This document shows, piece by piece, positions 33,851 through 42,873 of a stretch of 64,000 bases of DNA; position 1 is the stretch's first letter, and each line of letters starts with the position of its first letter. The DNA lies in assembly GCA_977862235.1 (NCBI GenBank), contig OZ374562.1:62001-126000 (forward strand). The letters are read 5' to 3'. A model generated the notes under the pieces. The model saw only the letters and a program-made list of their open reading frames with translations, did no database searches and was not told where the DNA came from. Origin of the DNA: Dudresnaya verticillata (lineage: Eukaryota). The translations under genes were made by a program, and so were the position numbers.

Positions 33851-36817
33851 ATGGGCGCCGCCGCCTCGCTCGAAGCCGCCGCGGTCGACGCGCTGCAGCG
33901 CGCCGACCCACGTCGCCTGCGCGACGCCTTTGCCGCGTCCAACCTCGCCGCGCCGGCCGCGGCCGCTGCCCTGCTGCGCCCGCTCGCCGCGCCAGCGCGC
34001 GACGCCCCCCGCCACACCCCGCCCACCCCCGCCGCCTGGGTCGGCCAGGCCCCGCTGCACGTCGCCGCCGCCCTGCCTGACACCCGCGTCCTGGCAGAGG
34101 TCCTGCGCCTGCTGTCCGCCGCCCCGTCGCCGCCGCACCCCGCCGCCGCCACCTCGCGGAGAGACCCCGCCCGCCCGCTCGCCGTCCGCTCCCCCGCGGG
34201 GCTCACCGCTCTTTCCATCGCCGTGCGCGCCGCAAACCCCCCCGCTGTCCGCCTGCTCCTCGACGCGGGCGCAGACCCCGACGAGAAACACTGCGTCGCT
34301 GAGACAGAGCACCGCCGCGCGTCTTCGTGGACGCATGTCCGCCATTGTGCTGCCGCCGGGCTCGCAAAAGTCCTCGCCATTCTGCTTGAGTATGGCGCTG
34401 ATGTCGATGCCTGGGCCGAGGACGGCCGCCGTCCGCTTCATCTTGCCGTTCAGGCAGGCCATCTTGAATGTGTCCGTCTCCTGCTCCGCGCCGACCACCC
34501 AAAGGAGGAAACCCAACACCCAAAGCGAATTCGCGCAGTCTCCAAGTTTATCGTACGCGAGTGCACCGTCCCTTTTGCCCTTGACCCCACTGCCGTCATG
34601 CCAGAGGCAGAGGCTGAGCAGGAAGAGCAGCAGTCACAGCCTGAGCCTACTCAGCAGCAGCAGCAGCAGCAGCAGGAGCAGCAGCAGGAGCAGCAGCAGC
34701 AGCAGCAGCAACAACACGGCGATATATTGAGCGCCTTGCAAACCGCATTGAATGATGCTGTTAGAGGCCTGGTACCTACAGTCACCCCGCGCTCGGCCGC
34801 GTACAGAAGCAACCGTAACCGTGGCGCTAGTCTGCTCCACCTTGCGTGTTCTCACTCGCATCCCCATGTACTCACGTACTTGCTATCGCTGGATGAGTTT
34901 CGTCTTGCAATCGAGGATATGAACGATAGCGGCAAGAGTGCCGTCTTCATGGCCATTCGCCATGGCTCGTTGGAGTGCTTGAAAATCCTTGTGGACGCTG
35001 GTGCACGCATCGATGCAAAGGACATAGAAAACTGGACCGCTTTGCACGAAGCTGTCAAGGCAGGCGATGACCGCATTCATATTCTCCAATACCTTATTGA
35101 CGAGTGCAACATCGACGTCAGCGCCGTTGACGACGATGGCTGGACCCCTCTGCATGTCGCAGCACGGTTTAGTTCCACCGCTGCGGTTGATATTCTCATC
35201 AAAGCAGGGTGCAAAGTCGACGCCAAGACGGAGGACAACGAGACTGCCGTACTGCTTGCAAGCGCACAAGCCAGTAGCGCAGAGGTTCTTAGAAAGCTTT
35301 TGGCAAACGGTGCCGATCTCAGCGTCCATCGAGAGACTGTCCTCACACCCAGCCGCCTCATCCTCGACAGGAAGGACTTTGAACAGTTGTGTATCCTACT
35401 CGACCATCTCAAGACGCTTGATGAGCAATCAAGGAAGGAGGTTATCAACTTCGAGTCGCGCTCGGAAACGGGAGATACTCTGCTGCATTTGTGCGTCGTC
35501 GAGAAGAACGTCGATGCCACTATCAAGCTTCTCGCCGTCGGAGCAAAGCCGGATGACAAAAACCATGACGGAGTTGCACCGCTGCACACCGCGTCCAAGC
35601 ACGGAACTGCAGAAATTGCAAAGGCCCTGTTGGAAGCCAGCGGAGATCCCAATATCGCAAGAGGAGACGGAATGATGCCCCTTCACATCGCCTGCGATGG
35701 CGGTCATGCGGATGTCGTCCGTGCCTTGATAGCCCACGGGGCGGATGTGAACAGAAGCGTCTCGCAACCCGGCAGATTTCGCGGATTTTCGCCGCTTATG
35801 TTCGCTGCCCGACTCGGGGATAGCGAGGTAACCTCGTTGGTAATCGAGGCTGGGGCAGACATGAACGTGAAGAAAGCAGACGGTTTCACTGCACTGCACC
35901 TTGCCGCTCTAAACGGTAACACAAAATCTTGTCAGAACTTGATCGAAGCAGGAGCAGACTATCGCATTGCGGATGAGACGGGCTACTTCCCACTTCAGCT
36001 CGCCACGCGTCACAACCAATTCCAGGTAGTGAGTGCACTTCTTCAAGCAAACGTTGAAGCAGACAGCTGTGGCAAGCTCGGTTTGACTGCTCTGCACATC
36101 GCCTCATTCACCTGCGATGCGAGACTAATCTGGCTATTGATTCGCGGTGGAGCAAATGTCAACGCCGTAAACATCGACAATACAACACCGCTACACGTTG
36201 CAGCTGGCCGAGACCAGGGACGAGTAAGCATGCAACTCCTTCTGGCAAACGGAGCCAAACTGGACATGCTCGATGGCGAAAGAGACACCCCGCTTCACAA
36301 TGCGTGCTACAAAGGCTTGTATCAAAACGTGCGCCTTTTGCTACGGCGAGGGGCCGACCCCTCCCCCGCAAACGAGAATAATGTGACTCCTCTTCATCTC
36401 GCTGCTGCAGTTGGTAGCGAGGAAACCGTAGAGGCCCTTCTTAAGTATGGCGCGGATGTGGAAAAACGGGATGACAGCGACAAGACACCGTATCGAGTGG
36501 CATCTGAACACAACCATCGAAAGGCAATGATGCTGTTGTTCAGAGCGATGCGGGTATCACTCCAAGATATTGCGCCCATCTCGACCTTTGGTCCTGTGAA
36601 CCCCAACACATCGGCGGATGATGTGCTGTGTGTAATCTGCCAAAACTCTTTGATAGGAGGTGAGAAGACACGAACATTGCCCTGTCTCCACACATATCAC
36701 GATGCTTGCATTCTGGCATGGCTCGGTGGAGAAGAACTAACCCGGCATGACTCATGTCCACTCTGTCAGAAGTCAGTATTACCCGAGAGCGTGTCACCTC
36801 GGTCCCAATCTTCGTGA
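33851..36817 (+). CDS. Ankyrin-repeat protein with C-terminal RING-H2 (putative E3 ligase)
   Basis: Many GxTPLHxAA repeats and a CAG-encoded polyQ tract. C-terminal CVIC...CLHTYHDAC...CPLC. ATG at 33851 (MGAAAS). Confidence 0.93.
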   Translation: MGAAASLEAAAVDALQRADPRRLRDAFAASNLAAPAAAAALLRPLAAPARDAPRHTPPTPAAWVGQAPLHVAAALPDTRVLAEVLRLLSAAPSPPHPAAATSRRDPARPLAVRSPAGLTALSIAVRAANPPAVRLLLDAGADPDEKHCVAETEHRRASSWTHVRHCAAAGLAKVLAILLEYGADVDAWAEDGRRPLHLAVQAGHLECVRLLLRADHPKEETQHPKRIRAVSKFIVRECTVPFALDPTAVMPEAEAEQEEQQSQPEPTQQQQQQQQEQQQEQQQQQQQQHGDILSALQTALNDAVRGLVPTVTPRSAAYRSNRNRGASLLHLACSHSHPHVLTYLLSLDEFRLAIEDMNDSGKSAVFMAIRHGSLECLKILVDAGARIDAKDIENWTALHEAVKAGDDRIHILQYLIDECNIDVSAVDDDGWTPLHVAARFSSTAAVDILIKAGCKVDAKTEDNETAVLLASAQASSAEVLRKLLANGADLSVHRETVLTPSRLILDRKDFEQLCILLDHLKTLDEQSRKEVINFESRSETGDTLLHLCVVEKNVDATIKLLAVGAKPDDKNHDGVAPLHTASKHGTAEIAKALLEASGDPNIARGDGMMPLHIACDGGHADVVRALIAHGADVNRSVSQPGRFRGFSPLMFAARLGDSEVTSLVIEAGADMNVKKADGFTALHLAALNGNTKSCQNLIEAGADYRIADETGYFPLQLATRHNQFQVVSALLQANVEADSCGKLGLTALHIASFTCDARLIWLLIRGGANVNAVNIDNTTPLHVAAGRDQGRVSMQLLLANGAKLDMLDGERDTPLHNACYKGLYQNVRLLLRRGADPSPANENNVTPLHLAAAVGSEETVEALLKYGADVEKRDDSDKTPYRVASEHNHRKAMMLLFRAMRVSLQDIAPISTFGPVNPNTSADDVLCVICQNSLIGGEKTRTLPCLHTYHDACILAWLGGEELTRHDSCPLCQKSVLPESVSPRSQSS

Positions 36818-37048
36818 ACAACATCTGAAAGGTAGCACCATGCAGGAAGACCGCCCCCGAGTGAATGTTCAAACGGCGCATACCGATATTTATACCTGAC
36901 AACAGCTAACTGAAGTGGCATTGATTTGCCACACTCCCCCCGAGAGAGAGAGAGGATAACAATCTCATAAACAAACGAAACCAGACTAGTTCCCATTGTC
37001 CACTCTCCTCAACTCTGCCTCGAAGACCACGGAGCGTATACTTCTTGT

Positions 37049-37906
37049 TCACAGATCATCTCTCACACTCAAGGGCTTGTTCCAGACCTCAACAAGGGTG
37101 TGGAATTCACCATTCTCTCCAAAATCATCCACATCATTTGGGAGTCGTTTAACCATTTGACGATCGAACACATCCCCGACTTCGACTTTCCCGCGAACCT
37201 TTTCCTTGTCAACGGCTGATAGTCTCACCACCACATCCGCATTCTCGAGGTCGGCGTGTAATTGTGCATATGATACGCGCCAGAGTGGGTAAATGAGCTG
37301 CGCTCCCAAGCCCTTCAAGTGGCCCTCCCGCCAGGCGCGTATGTGTTCCAAATGCAAATCGCCAAACGCAACACGAGCAATCTCGATACCATTGTCCCTC
37401 AGCTTGTTCAGCCCTCTGCGCACACAGTCCAAGTACTCTCCATAAGCTACTGGCACTCCCATTAGCACAAGCTTCAGAGCACGGGCCTGGCGCTCAACAT
37501 CGCGAATGTTGACTTCCTGGTGGGCGACAACGCGAGTAGTGGCATCAAACGTTGTGAGCAAGACAACGGGTCGAAGCGCCTCCTTCTGCAGCCTACGCAA
37601 CGCGAGGAAGCTGTCCTTGCCACCCGACCAGAACAGCACGTCAACGGATTCGGGCAGGTCGTCCATGTCACCCACGAGCGGGCGCGGGTGCGAGGGAAGC
37701 CGCTTGGCGGGGCGATATGGGCAATGCCGGCAACCGCAGCCACAGCACGGGCGAGCGGACAGACGCGCGGCTGTGAAGACGTGCAATCCAGTGCTCGGGT
37801 CTAGGTAGAAGGCGTCGCCGCGCGCGCACGCCCCCCGGTGCAGTTCCTCGATATCTGATACCATTGCGGCTGTCGCAGCGCTCACTTGGTTAGGATCCGG
37901 GCACAT
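37049..37906 (-). CDS. DUF5522 (C1orf53-like) fused to a Dph6/MJ0570-like PP-loop ATP pyrophosphatase
   Basis: N-terminal YLDPSTG..VFT...CCGCGCRHCPY. Then FWSGGKDS, AFGDLHLEHIRAWRE, YPLW and GENGEFHT. Confidence 0.9.
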   Translation of the reverse strand: MCPDPNQVSAATAAMVSDIEELHRGACARGDAFYLDPSTGLHVFTAARLSARPCCGCGCRHCPYRPAKRLPSHPRPLVGDMDDLPESVDVLFWSGGKDSFLALRRLQKEALRPVVLLTTFDATTRVVAHQEVNIRDVERQARALKLVLMGVPVAYGEYLDCVRRGLNKLRDNGIEIARVAFGDLHLEHIRAWREGHLKGLGAQLIYPLWRVSYAQLHADLENADVVVRLSAVDKEKVRGKVEVGDVFDRQMVKRLPNDVDDFGENGEFHTLVEVWNKPLSVRDDL

Positions 37907-38633
37907 TCGCCGATGAGGAGAAAGTGTGTAGGCGCGGCATCGTTTGCGGGCTGCAATACTCGGAGGTTCAGTTACAACACTTTAGTACAACAATATTGAT
38001 TGCCCGCGATGTAGCAGGCGGTGTTCATGACGGCGATGAAAGGAATACCGCTCGATGTTGGCTGACATTCTCGGCTGAGCGGGGGAAACGGGCGGACCGC
38101 CGCGGTTGCTCATCGACAGACCGTTGCTGCGCTGCGGCGGCGGCGTCCAGAATTTCCGAAGAATTCTGCGTTGAATTTTGAATTTTGAGAAGACGGGAAG
38201 CGTTGCCCAAGCACGAGGTTTACTCATTGGGTTGCCCCGCGGCTCAAGATGACCCCCGTTCACTTACAACGCTTGCTATCAAGTAGCGCTGCTTCTTTTC
38301 ATAGTCATCAACGGCTTCGGATTCGCTGACTCTACGTCAACAAGAACGCTAAAGATGACGTCAACATTTCCGTGCAACACAGACAAGCGGCACAGGTCTT
38401 GCAAGCATGTTCACCACCAAATGCAACATCGACGCAATTCTATCTCCGCATCCACTCAAATGCACTCGCCAGCAAACCTAATCCACGCATCGCCAGGCTA
38501 AAGATATGAATCAGTTCACTTTCCGTTTACTCGAGGGCACAAAAGCACCTCCTGGCTCGGCTAAGAATGAGTAACACACCGCACCCTGCTTCTCCCCTAA
38601 GCCTTCGCATCCGATGAGTTTCAAGCCCAAGCT

Positions 38634-40451
38634 ATGCGTCAGTTCGCTCCTCGGAATGTGCTCAAGTGCCTTTTGGCAAGCCTGGGGGTCGCGCTCTTTG
38701 TCCTGCAAGCGGTATCCGCTCAGCGCTTTATGCTAAGCGCGCTTCCTAGTCAAGACTCTGCCCCATCTCCGCGAACAAAAGCTGCATTCCATTCAACAGG
38801 CTCTACCGTAGTCCTGTTTGGCGGATTAGGTGAGGCAGGTGCCCTAAGTGATACTTGGACGTTCAATGCGAGCACAAAAATCTGGCAAGAAGTGGTGGTC
38901 GGCGAACAGCAAATTCGGCCTTCCGCCCGATACGACTGCGTGTCTGCAGTCGCGCGCGTCGTCCCAAATAATAGTGATTCCTACCTTGTCATCGTCGGAG
39001 GTCGCAATACGAGGGAGGTTTTGAAGGAGTCCCTGGTATGGACGTTTCACTTGCGCAGCAGGGTTTGGTCGCAAGTTTCTGTCGAAGACGGAGGAACGCC
39101 AGATTTGATTCGCTCTCTTTCGAGAACCGCAGCGTGTGGCGGAAGCTCAAATGAGCAGACAGTAGTATTCTCCCATGGTATCAGTGCTGATGGTGTCAAG
39201 AGCGACACTTTTGAGCTTGTTTTCGCGTCCTCGACAAGAGCCACGATCCGCAAGCTGTATGATAGCATATCCTCGTTTGCGGTAGGGGACCCACATCCTC
39301 TGTACGACGCAGCTTCTGTTGTCACGGCCTCAAATGAACTGGTTGTCTATGGAGGCTGCTATGCAAATGGTTTGTGTCCGAATAGAGACGCTTGGAGCTT
39401 TGACATTTTCAGTCGGCAGTGGAGACAGATCGGCAGAGGGCTGCGCCCACTGAACCAGGGAGTAATGGTGAAGGGCATGTATTCCTTCAAAGCTCTTGGG
39501 GTTGACCCAAGACAAAGCGTCGTCATTTCAAAAGGCGGGAGCAATACAGCTCGGAACTTCATGCCACTGGAGGTCAGTATTCTAGACATTAGGGCCAAAA
39601 GCTGGATTCATGAAGAGGTTGACGAAGCTGTGCTTCAAAGGGAATCCCATTTTGGTGGAATGCTCACGGCCATCGGAAACAACAAGACTGGTTGGAGTTA
39701 CCTCATGTTGCCGGGACTCCACCACGAAAGGAATGGCAGTTCAGCCAGCCAGACGCTCTTGCTTTCTTTTGTCCGTCAGAGACCTAGGCGCGCACCACAG
39801 AGAAAGCGGGAAATTTTCTTTAGTCGCTTGATAACCCATGCCGTGTTCATGTTCACGGCATTCGGGCTGCTATTACCACTTGGTGCTCTTGGGTCGAGGT
39901 ACATCCGTGCCCTTTCGGGCAGCCCAAGGTGGTTCCACTTCCACTGGATTTGTCAGGCAGCCGGCTTTCTGTTCGCATGGATTGGGACGATCTTCGCCAT
40001 ACTCAAGGAGTCGCGGGAAGGCTCAACCATTCACCTTCACTCTGTATTTGGGAGCATAGCGATGAGTATTATTTCAGTTCAGACGATTGCTGCAGTCCCA
40101 TGTTTTAGACCCGGGCTGGATTCCGGAACCCGGCGAACTCTGTGGCGCCGACTGCATAAATTGCTTGGATATACCGCAGTTGCGACCGGTTCTGGAAACA
40201 TCCTCCTTGGGATGATACTTATTGTCGCGCCTCCGTCCGTTTGGATTTTTTGGTGCTGCGCGAATGTGGCAATCGTCTTTCTGATACTCCCGATACTTGA
40301 AATCATGAAACGCAAGCAGCATAGCCACAAAGATGATCAATACAAGGAATTTGTCACGGAAAGAATGACGCGCAACTCCGCACAGCAGCATCGCGATTCA
40401 GACGAACAGTCCTCTTCCTGGATTTCAGGGCTTTCCACTCTTTACTTCTAA
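38634..40451 (+). CDS. Kelch beta-propeller + cytochrome b561 membrane protein
   Basis: Signal peptide, then Kelch repeats (VVLFGG...DTWTF...W, LVIVGG, LVVYGG...DAWSFD...W). The b561 domain has 4 His-bearing helices (ITHA, FHFHW, HLHS, RLHK). Confidence 0.88.
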   Translation: MRQFAPRNVLKCLLASLGVALFVLQAVSAQRFMLSALPSQDSAPSPRTKAAFHSTGSTVVLFGGLGEAGALSDTWTFNASTKIWQEVVVGEQQIRPSARYDCVSAVARVVPNNSDSYLVIVGGRNTREVLKESLVWTFHLRSRVWSQVSVEDGGTPDLIRSLSRTAACGGSSNEQTVVFSHGISADGVKSDTFELVFASSTRATIRKLYDSISSFAVGDPHPLYDAASVVTASNELVVYGGCYANGLCPNRDAWSFDIFSRQWRQIGRGLRPLNQGVMVKGMYSFKALGVDPRQSVVISKGGSNTARNFMPLEVSILDIRAKSWIHEEVDEAVLQRESHFGGMLTAIGNNKTGWSYLMLPGLHHERNGSSASQTLLLSFVRQRPRRAPQRKREIFFSRLITHAVFMFTAFGLLLPLGALGSRYIRALSGSPRWFHFHWICQAAGFLFAWIGTIFAILKESREGSTIHLHSVFGSIAMSIISVQTIAAVPCFRPGLDSGTRRTLWRRLHKLLGYTAVATGSGNILLGMILIVAPPSVWIFWCCANVAIVFLILPILEIMKRKQHSHKDDQYKEFVTERMTRNSAQQHRDSDEQSSSWISGLSTLYF

Positions 40452-40597
40452 AGTGTAACGGCTGAGGAACCATAGGAGACTGGATGCTCCTTCATTGCAT
40501 CTCTGATATGCATTGACTGCTTGTCAGCTGTGGTGTTTCTCATATGAAACAAGAAATAAGCTCCTTGCGAAGCAAGTCAGTGTCCGTTGTGTTGAAA

Positions 40598-41884
40598 CTA
40601 ATCCTCGCCAGCGTTACCCTCAAATCTGACTTGTATCTTGACATCAAAGCGGTCCGAGGCGTTCTGTAGCTGAAGGTACTTATCCCCCTGCAGGCCCCAG
40701 GAGGCAATGCCAGGTGCCTTCGTTACTACGAGCATAACCTTGTCCTTCGTCTTCATCACAGATTGTGGTCTTATGGATATTTGAACGGAGCGTGATGCAC
40801 CTGTAGGGATGATGCCGTGGCATGGCCGAACTTGATGGCCGCCCTGGTTAGTCGTCTTAATTTTGAAGGCAACGTCACTCGAAGCAATATTTGAGACATG
40901 CAGACCACCCGTTACCGGACTAGCCAAGACCATGTCCTCAGCTTGCAGGATTGAGTGCCGTTGTGTGTCGGCCGGCAGAGCAACGTCTAACTTTTCCAGC
41001 ATTAGCCTTCGTTGCAAGTCGTTATTACCTTCGAACTTGACCCTGTACTTAATATCGAAGACATCTGGGTCACCTTTTCGATAGAGCCAAAAATTCTCGG
41101 GGAGCTGCCATGCATCTTCTCCATCAACTTCAGCGACCCGCAGAAGCAACTCATCCTTTGACAGACCAACGATTGGATGAAGCGGTGGGTGCAGCATCTC
41201 GAATTTAAGCTCTAGAGATGCGTCGCGCGGGACCAAGCCACTTTCCGGTTCAACCAAATAGCGCGTCTCAGTACTGGCCTCCACCTGAAAGGCAAGGTCT
41301 TGCGATGTAGTGTTGGTAACATGGAGTGTGTCTACCAGCGGAGTTCGAGAGTTTGTTGCAGCAGCCGGGAAGTGCAAGACATGTTTTCGAAGTATCTCTT
41401 TGGGATCCCGTTTTCTGAAGGCATCGTCGGCATCACAACTAGGGTCAACGAAATTGACCCTTAGCTTGAGATCCTCGAAATCTCCTCTAGGTCGATCGCG
41501 CCAAAAGCTGTTTGAGACGCCAAACACAGAGGAGCTTGGGGCTTCTGCGGTGCGTAGAAGAAATTTGTCTTTCGACTGGCCATCGTTGTCAGATATGGAC
41601 GCAGCGTCTGCAATAAACCGAACCGGGATCGAGCGACCCGTTGGAATAACGCCGGTACTGGGTCGAACTACGTAACGCTGAGCGGCGGTAGTCATGACCT
41701 TGAAGGCGACGTCACATGAGGCTCCATTGGTGACTTGTAGGATATCCGCTACTGTTGGACGGGGTGCCTGCTGCGGCGCAGGCGAGTCTGTACCCGCAGG
41801 CCTCGGCTCTCCTGACGAGTTGGCAGGGGCAGTTGTTCTGCGCGGGAAGCTTAGAGTGCGTTTATCAACCTGGACGAGGGTCAT
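40598..41884 (-). CDS. Protein with three tandem MSP (VAP-like) domains
   Basis: ATG at 41884. Three copies of LxVxN...VAFK.KTT...Y.VRP..G.IP...KDKF, including VAFKVMTT, LAFQVEAS and VAFKIKTT. Confidence 0.85.
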   Translation of the reverse strand: MTLVQVDKRTLSFPRRTTAPANSSGEPRPAGTDSPAPQQAPRPTVADILQVTNGASCDVAFKVMTTAAQRYVVRPSTGVIPTGRSIPVRFIADAASISDNDGQSKDKFLLRTAEAPSSSVFGVSNSFWRDRPRGDFEDLKLRVNFVDPSCDADDAFRKRDPKEILRKHVLHFPAAATNSRTPLVDTLHVTNTTSQDLAFQVEASTETRYLVEPESGLVPRDASLELKFEMLHPPLHPIVGLSKDELLLRVAEVDGEDAWQLPENFWLYRKGDPDVFDIKYRVKFEGNNDLQRRLMLEKLDVALPADTQRHSILQAEDMVLASPVTGGLHVSNIASSDVAFKIKTTNQGGHQVRPCHGIIPTGASRSVQISIRPQSVMKTKDKVMLVVTKAPGIASWGLQGDKYLQLQNASDRFDVKIQVRFEGNAGED

Positions 41885-42873
41885 AGCTGCTCTCCAAAAG
41901 GAAGTGCCGTTGCAGATGGCGTTGCATTTCAGCGCCCATAGGGAGGGGGGAAAGCCTAGGTGGGAGGCACAAATAGTCTGACCGGAAAAGCTGTCGTTGT
42001 GGCGTGGCAAAGACTGCCCTGTTGCCTGGCACAAGATTTAGAATCCCGTCTTTTTGATGGACGCCAACAGCAATGCAGTCGCGAAGGAAGGGAAGGCTGA
42101 AGGGCTGATGGGGAAGGGATGAGGGACACAAAGCCTTGCCTTGGTGTGTTGGACACCTGGTTGTCGAAGCAGGTCGAAAAGCCACCATTATCCTGTAATA
42201 ATGCATCGAACAATATAGCCCGCAGATCGCTTCTTGCGCAAGTGATATCAGGAGTATTGCTACGATTACAGTGGTTGATACCCGTGTGGCATCAGCGCTA
42301 CACTCTTGGCTCGAAGCAGCAAGCCTGCTTGACGACAAGCAGTTATCACAGCTAGTGGGCTGCGTGGGAACACAACAAAGGGTGCCATATGCACGTCGAA
42401 GTGTTCAGTTGGGGCTGAATTGCAACCCCCTCTTTCTTTCACTCAAGTATTATTTAGGTCTGCTAAATGTCCGGCACTACTCCACAGACAAAATTGTGTT
42501 ACAGCATTTCCTTCTGGACATGTACAATTTATCAACTGATTGTCAGCACACCTCGTCCTTACTTCCGGTGAGTGTGTGAAAGTCAAGTTGTCAGCGCCTT
42601 TCGACCGTCCGAAGGAGGTCACAGAAAATGTGGAACGTTAAAAAAGAGCTCATTGCTTTGGTTCACAGATGGTTCCTTTGGGCCTGTTCTTCTGAGGCTT
42701 CCCTCCCGAAGGGTATTCTTCTACCGTAGGAGATTCAGGCAGTATTGTCACGCTTCAGCAACTGGTCAGCATTTCTGTGTAGAGACACAGCAAAACAGAA
42801 CGCGAGGTTTAGAGAGCCATCAGGCGCCACATGATCCCAAATCTTTTGGGTTGAACAGAACAAAAGAACAACC

